The position numbers and the translations under genes were made by a program. The notes under the pieces are model-generated. The model was not told where the DNA came from. It made no database searches and saw only the letters and a list, made by a program, of their open reading frames with translations. DNA of 63,515 bases, filler included, from Reticulomyxa filosa (taxonomy: Eukaryota > Protista > Foraminifera): NCBI GenBank assembly GCA_000512085.1. It is 24 parts of 24 records of this genome, joined end to end, with 100 filler letters (N's around TTAATTAATTAA, not from the genome) between each part and the next. Parts side by side here need not be neighbours in the genome. Positions count along the whole stretch, not along the records: positions 1 to 1,977 come from ASPP01003222.1; positions 2,078 to 4,126 come from ASPP01020727.1; positions 4,227 to 6,661 come from ASPP01029524.1; positions 6,762 to 10,177 come from ASPP01008810.1; positions 10,278 to 11,919 come from ASPP01004831.1; positions 12,020 to 14,136 come from ASPP01023251.1; 18 more parts are not named here. One strand, written 5' to 3'. This document shows, piece after piece, positions 1 through 13,248 of the stretch (positions are counted from its first letter, which is position 1; every line of letters begins with the position of its first letter).

Positions 1-11
1 TTTTTTTAAAA

Positions 12-43
<32 letters not shown>

Positions 44-786
44 ACTTTTTGTTAAGCTTATGCGTTTGATTATTCGTTTTCAATGTTTATGAATTTATTC
101 ATAATATTTTTTTTATTGGCCAATTTTATATTTGTATTCGTTGTTACATTTATATTTTCTTCATTATATATTTAATCACTTTATGTATTGGATACCTTTT
201 TGTAAACATTGATATTGCTTTTTTTAATTTAACACCTTTATGAATACATAACGCATTTAGTTTTTTCATTCTTTAAATAAAGTAACATATATTATTACAT
301 ACACTAAAGATAAAAAGGTTTTATATAATTTTATCCATTTACCAATATCATCGCATAATGCATCATACACATCAGAATTTTTATCTGCATTGTTAAATCC
401 AATTTACTCCAACATTGTGATCATTTTCATGCAATGCAAAGTATCAAGTGAGATCTTTTATCTTGAATTAAATTGTCTTGCACGAATACATTATAAAAGA
501 TTTTTTGACTTGTTTGATATGGATTGTACGTATACTTCAAGTAAATGTGTCGGGCAAGTGTCGCAGCACATCGGACCATAATAAACATACAGCTTTAAAT
601 ACTTATAATGTTGAACTTGGAACTCTGTATATTATATTTATTTATTTCGATTTCACCAAACTACAATTCAGACTTATCACTATCACTATCTTCGATAGTC
701 TTCTCTTGCAATTTTTCGACTATTCTATTTGCTCTTTTTCTTTTCATCACTGGCGGCGATAATGGTCTTGATAGATTTGACAGCAA

Positions 787-1915
787 CTATTCTTTTTTAA
801 TTGATATGGTGGTGCTTGTTCGAGGCAACGCCATTATTATTGATATTGCTGCTGTTAATGGTGTTGTTTGGACTCTTGCTTGAGCATCAGATCCATTAGC
901 ACTGCTACATATGCTGGTATTGTCACAGTTGTTTTCTCCTGCCGTCTTCGCAGTCACTTTATTTTTCGTTTTTTTGATTTTTTGGAATTCCAAGACTTCT
1001 GATAATGAAACATTTGTCATGACGACTTGCGCACTGGCAACGGGATCAATTGATATTGACAGAAATTAGTCCAATGATTTCAATGGCACGAATGGCCTCG
1101 CAATGGATGTCCGATCCCAATTAATTCAACACGTCCAATGCCCTCCTCGTTGTTGGGAACCCAGAATGCCGATTCCATCATTTTCGCATATTCGCCTCCC
1201 ACGGTACAGTGACGACGGATTGACCACTTTAGCTTTGCCAATCGAATCGTTGTAAGACGTCGTCTTGCACACGCAATCCAACAACAGAGAAATCAAATTC
1301 TTTTATTTGATGTATCGTTCGATGACAAACTTTATGTATTGAATAATCATTACTTCGTTCGAGTGCCTCCCCCTCTTCTACTGGATCCGGGTATTGCATT
1401 GACTATATCTTCGTCATCATTTACGCTTGCAAAAGACGACGACAACGGATAGAAACTGATCACAATATCGCTACCTTCCATGATAGGGCCATGTGCATTC
1501 TGCAGGGTGATTGTCCTCGACGACATCGCGTGCGCTTTGCACGTGCTTGTAAACGTCCGACAGTTGAGCAGTTGTGCCTAGAGACATCATGTGAACATCC
1601 ATTCGAGCGGCTAGGTCATGTCGTCTCACTTGAGCACATATTCCAATGATTTTATCATCAGCACTGGTGCCATAGCAGTGTTCGACGTATGTCCATCCCA
1701 TTTCCATCAATAACATCACATGAATATTCATTATCTACAAAAATAAAAAAATGAAAAAGCGCATTTAACAAAAAATTTCTCAAAGCTTACTTGGACTTGA
1801 AGAAGGATATGTTCTAAAACAAAAAATACCTTTTGCCTTGGATCCATCAACAAATGTTAAGTGCCATGATATAACAAATATGCAATGACTTAAGAACTGC
1901 ATACATGTGTTCTAA
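787..1915 (-). pseudogene. Decayed member of a multicopy family with a UBA-like 'MEMGWTYVEH' segment
   Basis: Broken frames. Direct DNA and peptide similarity to 28090-28400 (MLLMEMGWTYVEH vs MLSMEIGWTYVEY; shared 'gacttaagaactgc' and 'gttctaaaacaa'). The UBA resemblance is inference. Confidence 0.5.
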
Positions 1916-1977
1916 TGATAGATGATTATTGATGATGATTGATGATGAATGATGATAATGATGTTAGAGTTCCCATG

Positions 1978-2077
1978 NNNNNNNNNNNNNNNNNNNNNNN
2001 NNNNNNNNNNNNNNNNNNNNNTTAATTAATTAANNNNNNNNNNNNNNNNNNNNNNNNNNNNNNNNNNNNNNNNNNNN
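1978..2077. other. Artificial contig linker (first of 23 identical N44-TTAATTAATTAA-N44 spacers)
   Basis: The same 100-bp spacer, with stops in all six frames, starts at 1978, 4127, 6662, 10178, 11920, 14137, 17216, 18565, 21068, 24077, 27663, 31808, 36737, 41890, 43277, 44608, 46669, 48207, 49329, 51354, 55937, 57610 and 59937. Adjacency across linkers carries no biological meaning. Confidence 0.99.
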
Positions 2078-2106
2078 TTAAAAAAAAAAAAAAAAAACAA
2101 TACACC

Positions 2107-2572
2107 TCTTTTTGTTGAAACTTACTAAATGCTGTAAGCGCTCTGGTGGAGGATCAATCAGTTTCCATTTATATTCAACCTGACCCTCATCATTTTCTGG
2201 ATCTAATCCATCTTTTTCAATTGTCGGCTTTGTATTTTCTTTTTTTTTTTTGTTTATTTTTTTACATGATTCTTCAAATCTTATCATTGCAGAGAAAATA
2301 ATCTTCCAAAAAGGAAGTTTTGTTTTTTTTTAACTGATCATTTTCACAATGTCTTCTTTTTCTTCGGATGTCAAGGCAACAAATTCTGCTATGTTTGTCT
2401 CCTTTAATTTGCATTCATCTGTCTCAATGTCATCCCCTTCTCTTTTCTCTTCTTTTTGCAACTTCTTTCGTTTTGCTTTTTTATGATGAATGGACATATT
2501 GTATGCTGTTTTTTGCGGTTTATTTTTTTTCGAGACCCGTTTTTCCTTCTCTTTTCTTTCATGTTGTGCCAT
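2107..2572 (-). CDS. GTPBP2: GTP-binding protein 1/2 (GP-1 family) N-terminal fragment, 3' truncated by contig end
   Basis: LDPENDEGQVEYKWKLIDPPPERLQHL matches the PPE-x-EGN-VEYKLKL...R-x-x-HL N-terminal motif of GTPBP1/2 and is followed by a GTAAGT donor near 2125. An upstream Lys/Glu-rich exon is in the same frame, separated by a TAA at 2330 that probably lies in a short intron. Exon boundaries are approximate, and GTPBP1 cannot be told from GTPBP2. Confidence 0.7.
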
Positions 2573-3026
2573 CGCTCAAATTTCTTTGATAACAATGTTA
2601 AAACCTTAAATAAGCATTACTATTATAAAAAAACGCTTACGCAAGGGATTTTTTTTGTAATACTTGCGACATGATCGAAAAAGGGGACACCCCCCAAAAG
2701 TGCATATAACAAAAAATATTCTTTATGCTCTTGTCAATTGCATGCAAAATAAACATTACAGAAGAGTGCATATGTCATTGTGTTTGTCTAATTTTCTCCA
2801 GTTTCGCAAGCGAAAGGGGAAAAAAAGTAAAAGCCTATATTAATCAATGAATTATCAAAGATAATTAAAATTTTGTGTCCTTAGAGTTGGGAAAAGTTTT
2901 TCAACCATTTTATAGAGTTCTTTTTTATGGGAAAAAAGAGCCGTTGAATTTTCTAATGTTGTACTTGGAAAAATTGCTCTAACCGTCAAGTTGTTCAGTA
3001 TTTTTCCACTTCTTTCTTGATGGTTA

Positions 3027-4060
3027 CTAGTAATTGGATCCGCTGATGTTAAAATACAAATCTCGCAATGTACTCAAAAGGCTTAGCAATGTCGCTATTC
3101 AAACAAAACAGAAAAAAAAAGAAAGTTTGTCCTCGTGATTCTTTATACCCCTCCAATAAAAACAAACCGAGCAACCAATGTCGAATCTTCGAATTTTTTT
3201 TTTCCCAAGAATCAGCAATTTTACTCAAAGGATTTTTTAGAAATTGTTGAAAGAAAGGTGCTCTCAACACGTATAAAATCCAAAATGTTCTTCTTCTTCC
3301 TAATTCTTCCTTTGCTCTGTTGGAACAGCCATGTTGACTTTTGTGAAGCAAAACGGAAACAAAAGCATATGTTTTAATGTAAGGTTTGAAATCCTCCAGA
3401 TGTGTGATATAAATAAGAAGTATGAGAGAAAAAAAAAAGAAAAAGAGTCATACTGATGCAACGCATGGCTGAGAACGTCAAGGAACAAAGACACGAGAAA
3501 AGGTGACCACTGATTGTCATCCATTCCCGTGCGAATGTATTGAAAGACATATATGACAGGTCGAATGATGTGCAAAATCTCAGGGATGGAGCGCATATTG
3601 AATTGTTTTAACTGTTGTTTCAGTGAGGTCGGAGCTGTGTGTTGTTTAGCATTGTCACTGCCATGATTTTCGCCATCAGCAAGAGTCATGTCATTCATGT
3701 TATTTTTGCTTCGATGTAACTCGTCGCGGATTGGTCGCGCTGAAGGAGAAAAATGGCCATGGGGATGAGGGCCACGGCCGTAATCATTATACATTCTCTG
3801 CAAAGCAGGATAGTTGGTGGACGCCTCCGCCATCTGAATTTTGTTGTCCACGTGTAAAACAAGACTTTGTCATGTATAGTCTGTATCCAATGTTTTTAGG
3901 AAGGGGGGGGGGGAGAGAGAGAGAGAGAAAAAAAAAAATCAATTGACGGATTTGCATTTGCATAACTTGTCTTTTTTGATTATCTTTCATTTCTTGCTCC
4001 GTGGGCAATATCAACATCCGTCCTTGAAAATAGTAAAGCAAATACAATCGGATAAGCATT
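3027..4060 (-). CDS. PEX16: Peroxin Pex16, 5' partial, at least 4 exons
   Basis: Spliced reading gives ...MLIRLYLL..., EILHIIRPVIYV...WSPFLVSLFLDVLS, EELGRRRTFWILYVLRAPFF and C-terminal LRDLYFNISGSNY* (TAG at 3027-3029). These match the Pex16 motifs E-x-L-x-I-x-RP, W-x-PW and EL-x-RR...YLLR-x-PFY. Confidence 0.85.
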
Positions 4061-5479
4061 CTAAAGAAGGGGAAAAAAATAACAACAAAAAAAGTATACA
4101 CATCAATTGTTCGTATTTGCCATTTANNNNNNNNNNNNNNNNNNNNNNNNNNNNNNNNNNNNNNNNNNNNTTAATTAATTAANNNNNNNNNNNNNNNNNN
4201 NNNNNNNNNNNNNNNNNNNNNNNNNNAAATTTTTGTCATTTGTTTTCTTAGCTGCGAAATTTGTATATTGCCACTTTCTCTTGCTGAGTTCAGCGATAAG
4301 TACAATTACAGACAGTCAGTAGTTGCAATAATATATTTTAGCATTTTTGCTGTTATTATCCTCATAATTGTTTTCGGAGGGTGTGCTATATGTGCACAAA
4401 ATCCAAAACTTGTTACTATGTTATGTTTCTTGTGGATAATTTCTGTTTCCTTAATTTCTATTGCTATTGCTAACATTTACAAGAATACAATTGGTGTAAT
4501 ATATAGACTGTTGATTGTTTTTTTTCCTCTACACACAATTCATAATAAACACTGTTATTGTCTTCTATTGATCACGTCTTTCAATCGGCAAACAAATTAC
4601 ACTACGTATACTGCGTTTTTATTAAGCACTTCTTTCCATTTGCGGATATCTTTTTTTCTTTTGCAAATAATCATATGCAGCTGATAAAAAAATTGATACC
4701 GTATAAAAAAGTAACATCAAATTAAAAGTTATTTTCTGAAGACGATAAAAAAAAATAATGTACAAATTTCACAAATACAAAAAGAAAACATAAGTACTAA
4801 GCTTTTTCCAAGAATGTAAAATCCCATTGTTTGATTCATAATTCTTATAATTTTGTTGTTTGTATACAAAACAAAGTATCATTTTGTAATTTTATTTCAA
4901 TTGATAAAAAAGCCTTATCATGATGAAAAGAAAACAATTACAAATTTTATTAAAGCAAAACATCAAAAACAAATGAAAGCAACTATAAGTAGAAATGAAT
5001 TATCTTTATTAGATATCATTTTACCTCACACCTTTTTTTCTTATTCTATTATCTTATCAGATTAAATCAATTCTAAAAACACTTCAATTTAGAACTTGAT
5101 TGGAACATTAATTTAATCTTTTGAGCCAAACATTAAATTTTTCATACGACCGATAATGAAATTCTTTTTAACATAGAATCTGCGTATAAAATAATACAAT
5201 CCAAATATTTGATAATTTAGTGTCATAATTGACTTGAGGAAAAACCATAAAACAGTGTTTCATTCTTTTCTCTGTTAAAATTGGATTGTTTAAGGTGAAT
5301 TCTAGAGTTGGCAACATCTAAAGAGAATTATTTATTGATTTGGCGTGATAACAGCAAGTTTCCCTATTTTAACAGTTTAAAATTTGAAATTTGAATCGAA
5401 ATAGTGAAGATATCAAATGGAGAATTAAAACAATTTAAATTAAAATAGTCTGTAAAAATTGCCAACTTTTCCAGTCCAA

Positions 5480-6614
5480 GTTTTTTTTTAAGAGAACATG
5501 TCCACAAAAACTCATCTTGGAGTTTCGTTAATTCGAACGATTGTTTTTTTTACTTGAAGTTAGAACGGCGCTGAATTTGGTTGTCTCCACACGCACGCAC
5601 TCTCAATGAACTGCTTCGCAAAACGACAGTCACGTTTTATATATTTTTTCGCAGGTGGAGCAGCATGTAGCCAAATGAGCGATCTTTTCATCGTCTATCC
5701 AACATCTACAATGCCAAAGTAATACAATAGTATTTCTTGAGCTCTTTCTGCGCATGTCAAAGTACTTTTCCTTTTCATTCTTGAAAAATGTCTTGACTTT
5801 TTTAAATATTCGTTGACAGTATCCATACTAATACACGTGGCCTCTTTTTTTTGCAGATAATTGACAAATTGCATGCTTCATAAACAAGGGACACGCAACC
5901 ATGCCTTCTTTGATTATAATAACCCGATAAGCATCTCTGGTTCTTGATGTGCATCACCATATCACATATATTTGCACCTGGTTGGAAAAGTGCATCTCGT
6001 TTCTGCTTGTGTCAGCAGCAATTTTGTGCTGGAGAACAATAAGACTTCATGCTATATGTTTTGTAACAATCAAATGTGAGATGTCTCTTTATGTTAGTAG
6101 AGAGAGAAAGAGAAATAAAGTATATTAATGCATATATATTACTTAACATCAAATATCAACACTTTGATCATTTGTAAAATAAGATATAACAAAAATCCAA
6201 TGAAGATCGACATTGACGAGAGACTGGCTGATTGACAGAATGCAAAGCATTGTTTAATATTTTAAAATTGATGGAGATATGTTGTAGATATCTGATATTC
6301 CTTTTTTTGCTTGCTGCATATTGAGATGCTGGACATGTATAATACTTTGTTGTGATCGCTTTGAGCATATCAAATCTCCAAGCTGCGCGTTTCACCAAAA
6401 GTATTGCTTTATCCATTGCATTTCGTCACAACGAAGAGATTGCCAAATGTCTCTGTTCCACTAATTTTTCATCTCTGTTTGTTGGGATTCTGTTCCTTTT
6501 TAATCTTCGCACAGTTTCCAATATCCAGCTCATGTCTTCGATGTCCGTGTTTCCAACGAGTGATTTTTTCCTTGTTAATCCATTCGTCAATTTTGAGAAC
6601 ACACGAACAAACAA
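5480..6614 (-). pseudogene. Degenerate coding-like region of unknown family
   Basis: Higher-GC, coding-like sequence broken by many stops and frameshifts. No family recognised. Confidence 0.3.
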
Positions 6615-6761
6615 AATATATATTTAAAAAAGTGTTTTGGATAAATTAAAAAAGAAAGACANNNNNNNNNNNNNNNNNNNNNNNNNNNNNNNNNNNNNNN
6701 NNNNNTTAATTAATTAANNNNNNNNNNNNNNNNNNNNNNNNNNNNNNNNNNNNNNNNNNNN

Positions 6762-6795
<34 letters not shown>

Positions 6796-6842
6796 GGAGG
6801 GACGATGGGGGGGGGGAGGAGGATTAAAAAAAAAAACTGGAA

Positions 6843-7466
6843 CTTGCTGTTGCAATTGCTGGATTAATGTAGTGTCATTTCGGAATTTCGCTTGAAATAA
6901 CTTGGCAGAAAGCTCGTTCAGTTGCTCTTGGTTGCTTGTGGTGACATAGGCATTGTTGCTTTGTGACGTTGGCCGCTTTGTGCTCGTGCCTTTGTCGTCA
7001 TTATTTCTTCGCTCATTTGCTTCGTTGCTCGTGTTCTCTGTGTTCTTCGACTGCGATGGCTTGTGCTGATACAGAAATGCAGTTCGCTCGCTGACTTCGT
7101 CAGATGCTTTTTTGGACAAAGGGGCACTACCTTTGGTGTCGTGCTTTTCCATCTTTTGGACAGGCGCTACATCATCTTGTGGCTCATGCTCTTCGTGGTC
7201 TTTGTGCATACGTGCTCTCTCTTGACGCGTAAACAACCGGTTTTTATTTTTGCTCCATTGCGCGTTTTTGTTGCTGCGTTGTCTTTCGTGCTCTCTTTGC
7301 CTTTGCTATGGTTTGGAAGAGACACACCATTACACAAATTCCATTCAATGCCGTACCATCTCAACCCACACAAAAGACCATATCTCACTTTTCGAAAATA
7401 ATGACTACCACCATCTCCTACTAACAGACTTGGATCAATATCTGAAGGATGATCTTTGTCTGACAT
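6843..7466 (-). CDS. CWF19L2: CWF19-like protein 2 (intron-lariat spliceosome factor) N-terminal fragment
   Basis: VGDGGSHYFRK resembles the VGDGG-x-SW motif, and LNELSAKLFQAKFRNDTTLIQQLQQQ resembles the N-x-L-x-AK-x-x-KA-x-L-x-G motif of CWF19L2. Phase-consistent GT-AG intron at 7388-7306. The contig ends in the next intron, so the CwfJ C-terminal domains are not seen. Confidence 0.6.
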
Positions 7467-7818
7467 CCCTATCTTTTTTTAAATCGCAAATTGTCTTGCT
7501 ACAAATTTATCACAACTCAATTGTCTATTTGCATTTAATTTTAGTTTGTGTAAACACATTAAAAATCCGTTAAATTAAACATTGTAAAGATTATTGAATT
7601 ATGTTATTTAAACAATTTTGAATTCCTTCAAACAATCATTCATTCAAATTTTCTATTCTCATCTGTCTTTTGCAAAAGTTTTGTTTATTGTGTCAAATTT
7701 GCATGGATGTAACTTAAAATTAAATTTTCAATTAAGTCGATCTAATAGACCCTTTAGCACTAGCCAAAAGAATTTTTTGAAAAAACTAGACGCTCTCGAG
7801 TGAAACAATCTGAGCTCT
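7467..7818. promoter_or_regulatory. Short AT-rich intergenic region between head-to-head genes (candidate bidirectional promoter)
   Basis: About 350 bp separate the CWF19L2-like ATG (7466, -) from the Tudor/Kelch gene start (about 7820, +) on one contig. Evidence is positional only. Confidence 0.4.
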
Positions 7819-7820
7819 CG

Positions 7821-9614
7821 ATGATATCTTCTTCCTCTGAAATCCAGATGTTCTTTGCAAAATTGTATGATGGCACAGATTACATTTGGGAATTGGGACA
7901 ACCAGTACTAATTTGTTCAGAAAACGATCCGACCTGGCAGCTTGGCGAGCTGATATCATGGACAGATGACAACCAACTGCAAGTGCTGTATTTTTTCGAA
8001 GATTCCTTTCATGTACGAACAATTGTTTCTAACAGTGCACAAATTCGGCCCGTCTGCCAAGTAAAAAGTTTTAAGATTTTTTTTTTGTTTTGGAGGGAGA
8101 GGAAAAGTGCAAGATGAAGCAAAAAAAAAAAGCATCAGCACATCCAAAAAAAAAAAGTTCAAGGGAACTCGTTACAATTGGGAAAGTGGAACAATAGTAG
8201 AATTTTATCATTCTGAAAACGAGAGATGGTACAAAGCAAGAATAGTGCAAGTAATCGAATACGAAAAAAAAGAGCCAGTAGCAAAGAAAGAAAAAGAGGA
8301 TAATACGTACATAGCGAATGCATTAGAGCCAAACCGACATACTCTTATTCCCATAAGAAAAGACCACGAATCGGTGCATAAGGACTGCTCGTATGTGATT
8401 TCATTAAACATATGGACAAATAATGATCAAACATCAATGACCTGTATTGTGCCGCGTCTAAGTAACCGGTTGCGGCATTGCATAAAAAACCTTGTCGGAG
8501 AGTATTCGAGCTCAAAGATAGTGCCAGTGCTATCTTCTTTGGAGCCACTTCGAAATGGATTGTTTTCCCCCGAAGAGAGTCAATCGCCCACAGGGGCCCC
8601 AAAACATTCATTGACAACAATTACAGCCTTTGATCAACAGTTGACTCTACTTCTTCAGTATTGGCTACGTACGTGCAAGGATGGAGTCCAGAAAAACATG
8701 CCGTCCGAGCTAATGCGTGATATCATTCGCTACTACAACTTTGGTGACGTGGTCGTAATAAGTGACAGACAGTTGCAAATTATAAATGCAATTGGTGACG
8801 TAGTGGACAAGGATAACGGTATGGTTTTACAGGTTGAATTGCCATTATTGCAACAGTTTTTTCATCGGTCCAGCTATGTCCGAAGTTGGAGTCAGAATGA
8901 CTCCCTTTTTTTTATTGGAGGCTATGATCCAACTCAAAGTCGTCCTGTGTGCAATGTCAGTCAATTCCATATTTTCACACGGACCTTTACCACTTTGCCT
9001 CAGCTCAATTTCCGAAGATATGACAGCAAGTCTTTGATGTTAGACCACAACATTGTTGTTACCTTAGGTCAGTAATTTATATATTATATATGTACATATA
9101 GAATATATAAATTATTGGTCACTCTTAATTTCGCAAATAGGTGGCTATGACACGTACAGCATCGACAAATGTGAGATGTTGGACTTGAGTGTGAAAAACC
9201 AGGTCGACAATAAATGGAAAGTATTGCCAGATTTGCCAACGAATTTGGCGGAGTTTGCCGCAGGTACGACTCATTATCGTATGTTCGTTGCTGGTGGTAC
9301 CAACACGTATACGATCAAGAATACGTGCTTTATGCTCGACTTTACGCAGCTACAGCAATACTCGGATATTTCTTCGCCTTTGTCAACGAATGCATCCAAA
9401 AGAAACAAATCGCTTTCATCACATTGTAAAGATTGGTGTTTTGCTGACCAAGCAAACTCTTTGGTTGCTTCTCAGATACAAGAGCAAGATAAAAAAGGAT
9501 GGATCGCATTGCCATCAATGTTATATCCTCGATATCGTTGTAATGGTGTGTATACGTACATTGTTGTATTGTTCCACTTAAACAATTGGAAGGGACATTC
9601 TATTGTACACTTTC

Positions 9615-9646
<32 letters not shown>

Positions 9647-9940
9647 TTTGTGTGGAACGATGAGTATTTTATGGTATTGGGTGGAAAATGCTTTGTTCGT
9701 GGTATGGAAGGATTGAATTTCCGCCGTCTTGAATGGAAAACATTCCCTTCTAGTACGTATGACCATAGCAACGGAGTTATTGGTATATGGAACAATCACA
9801 TTGTTTGGGCTGGGGATGACAGGGAACTAAACAATGTTGAGTGCTTCGATTTTAGAGACCAACAATGGCACTTGATTCAAGTCTGTCCACAAAAATGCGT
9901 GTCTTCTCGAGATAAGATCCGCATGTGGGGTTGGTCATAA
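7821..9940 (+). CDS. Kelch-repeat protein with two N-terminal Tudor/Agenet-like (SH3-fold) repeats, 4 exons
   Basis: Phase-consistent introns 8061-8163, 9068-9140 and 9546-9644. Kelch signatures FFIGGYD, LGGYD, FVAGGTN, MVLGGK and W-x-x-LP. N-terminal repeats WELGQPVLI...WQLGELI and WESGTIVEFY...WYKARIV. Confidence 0.8.
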
Positions 9941-10277
9941 ATTTATTTTTTTTTGCAAGAAAAATGTTTAAAAAAAAAAACGCAACAGTTACAAATTTGC
10001 AATGTTGAATTTCTTTTTTTAAAAACGACTTTCAATCATAGTCATTTTTGCATTGCAATTAGTATCGTTTCTGTGGAGTCATTAAAACAATATTCGTAAA
10101 AACTGCTTGCATATCAATTGAATACAATCGATGTCATCATGATACAATATCTTGAATTCATTTAATATTGTTAATATNNNNNNNNNNNNNNNNNNNNNNN
10201 NNNNNNNNNNNNNNNNNNNNNTTAATTAATTAANNNNNNNNNNNNNNNNNNNNNNNNNNNNNNNNNNNNNNNNNNNN

Positions 10278-11167
10278 ATTTCCTAATTCATTTGATCCAT
10301 ATTTTACACTTCTCACATAATTTTCATGTCCTTTAAATATAATAGATTGTTTGGTTGTTTCAATATCCCATATACAAATACTTTTATCTGCTGATCCAGA
10401 ACAAATATTATATCCATTACCATTAATCACATTAATATTATTATTATTATTATTATTATTGTTATTACTTTGCAGTGATGAAATATCCACACACAAGACA
10501 CAACCTTCATGTCCATTGAAAATATGTAATGATTTGGATGTTTCAATATCCCATAAACGAACAGTTTTGTCAGCAGATCCAGAACACAAATATCGACCAT
10601 TACTAAATGATGAAAATTCAATTCCATTAATACCACCAGTATGTCCTTTGAATAATTTCAATTGCTGATTGTTTTTAAAATCCCAAAAACAAATATCATA
10701 TGATGAAGAACAAATGATATTTCTATGATGATTATAATAATGATATGGTGAAAATTTTACACAATATACATAACTTGAATGTCCATTGAATGATTGAATT
10801 TGTTTGTTATTCTCAATATCCCATACACGAACTGTTTTATCATCAGATCCAGAACAAAGTAATTGATTATCATCAAATGAAGAATAATCGATACTATTTA
10901 TACGATCTGTGTGTCCAGTTAATGTTTTGAGTAATTTTGATGATGAATGAAATGTAATAAGCATAAAGATAGCACTTGTCTATGTTAAATATTGATTATG
11001 AGCATTTTGTTTGTCATTGATTAAAAAAAAGAAAATAACATAACATAATTGACAACAAGTTTGTCAAAATTATGGATCCATCCTAATTTAATTTTTAATA
11101 TTCGAATCCAATATTGAATAATTAGTTGTATTTCTTCTTCCCTTTCTTTTATCAATGAAAGTTGCAT
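10278..11167 (-). CDS. WD40-repeat protein with N-terminal 'EEIQLIIQYWIRILKIKLGWIHNFDKLVVNY' box, 3' truncated
   Basis: Multiple GH...SGS-x-DKTVR-x-WD repeats. Intron 11044-10980 joins the box exon in frame. The ATG at 11167 is one base out of frame with the box (error or pseudogenising deletion). Confidence 0.9.
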
Positions 11168-13248
11168 CGAAGATTGCTTTTTTTAAAATATCTTTTGCTT
11201 TGTCTATTGAAATGTTTAAGATCAATGACGGGGGTTATCAAAAACTTAAAAAACGAAAGCAAAATTGAGTAGATTTTATTATAACTTTCTTTTGTAAAGA
11301 ATTTCTTCTTTCTGTCATCATAAACTGTGTAATTTTTAATAGTGAAAGAATTTGAACTAACTCCTTTATTCTTTTATTTTATATTGATCAAAGTGATTCA
11401 TCTAATCTTTTGATGTGACAATAGCCTTGAGCATTTTCAAACAAAGTCTAATGAGAGAAATGCTCAAAAAATATATGTTAATAAGTGGAGGAACATTATT
11501 TCATTTGATTCTTTCAAAAAGAATCACTCTAACAAATTTCTTCGCTTAATTTCTGTTCAATTTATTTTAAGTAAGCAATATTTGTGATTATCTTAAGAAA
11601 TTAAATGATATTTTCAATAAACATTTCGATGAAAATTTATTTTAAAATCAATATATTTTTAAAAAAGAAAAATCTTTCAATTTTTAGTTGTCAACACATT
11701 ATCTTTTGTTTTGGTGCAAGAAGATGCTTTCGTCCTTTTTTTGCGTCTCGATATTCTTTGTTTTGATTGACACTGCTCAACTACCCAGCGAATGAAGTGC
11801 TTGATCAATGATAAAAAAAAAAAATTTATTCATTTTTGGGCGCGCGCGTGCGTCAACATCACAAAACGGGAGAAAAAGTTATTTTGATGACTTTTTTTAA
11901 CCAACTAAAAGATTCCTTGNNNNNNNNNNNNNNNNNNNNNNNNNNNNNNNNNNNNNNNNNNNNTTAATTAATTAANNNNNNNNNNNNNNNNNNNNNNNNN
12001 NNNNNNNNNNNNNNNNNNNAAATGGAAATGGTATAAATACATAATAGTTTCATATGTTCTGTCCATTATAAAAAATTTTAAAAAAAAAAAAAATTATATA
12101 AATATAATACCCTTGACTTGGGCTACAAATGAACGTATTTTCAAGAAAAAATCTCAATTTTAAATTTTAATTATACCCTGGATCATATCACGTGCATTAC
12201 ACTTTTTATTTTTATTGTGAAAAAATTTGGAAAACGTGGAGTAGGAAATATCCACTAAAATTTTTTCTTTATAAAGAAAACAATGCAATTTTTTAAAAGC
12301 AATAATATTGTTTGACACAAGGTGTCAATCCATTTACCAAACTCCTGAGCTGCGACAGCGTACACATTGAAATGTATCGCCTACGAACATATCTCAACTG
12401 AAGAGTAGCCATTTTTGAAACTTTGAAACTTAGTCAAGCGTTGATAGAGAAAAAAAGATTATGAATCTCATTTCAATATTTGAAACTCTTGTCCATTTTC
12501 AAACTGTTCCAAATCCTTAGCTTCCACAGTCCAAACACGTCACACCCCAAATGAATTTTTGTGACTTATATTGCTGATCTTTGACTTACTGGATTATCGA
12601 AAAGGTTGTCACTACAGCTTTCAAACTATTTTAAATTTTCTTGAAGAAAAAGATCGTGTACTTTTGTTTTAATAGTACGGTTATTCAACTTAGTAGTTTT
12701 TTGCTGACGTTCGGCTTGTAGATAAACCAATATTTTGCACGAAAAAACTACTCTTTGTATTATGTTGTAATAAGAGTTTTGATTATATTCAAATTGTAAT
12801 TATTTTAAATTTTGTTTAGTTCTTTTTTTAATATTTGTAAGCAAAAAGTACTCGAAATTACTGCTTGAAACGATACGTCGTCAGAAAATATGTATCTTTC
12901 AAACAACCATATACAGTTAATGGAAAAAATTGTATCTAGAAACAACAGAAGTTTACAGATAGTTAGATGTACTGAGTCAATTTTAAAAGGCACGTTTGCA
13001 AGAGTACGTGTCAACATTGTCGGTTGAGTTTCCATTGTTCTTTAGATTAAGTTGAATTAGCTCTGCACTATTCAAACAACAAGTAGGAGCACGAGACAGC
13101 TACACACCAAAGGCGTGAGAACCTTAAAAAAACTTTTGCTTGAGCTCAAGTTACAAATTTTGCAACATTTTTGTAACTTTTCAGAAAATCATTTTGCAAT
13201 AGATAAAAAAAACCTAAGTACTTTCGTCGTCTAGTAAAAGGAGTGAAT

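Noticed and set aside
2330-2332. Stop-codon reassignment (in-frame TAA in the GTPBP-like gene)
   Set aside because: TAA, TAG and TGA all end conserved genes here (9940, 3027, 44098), and plausible short GT-AG introns remove this TAA.
4268-4684. 138-aa hydrophobic ORF
   Set aside because: TTG start, AT-driven composition, no recognisable family.
12300-12720. Possible decayed MATH-like gene on the minus strand
   Set aside because: Only a few words of resemblance, scattered over frames. Not supportable.
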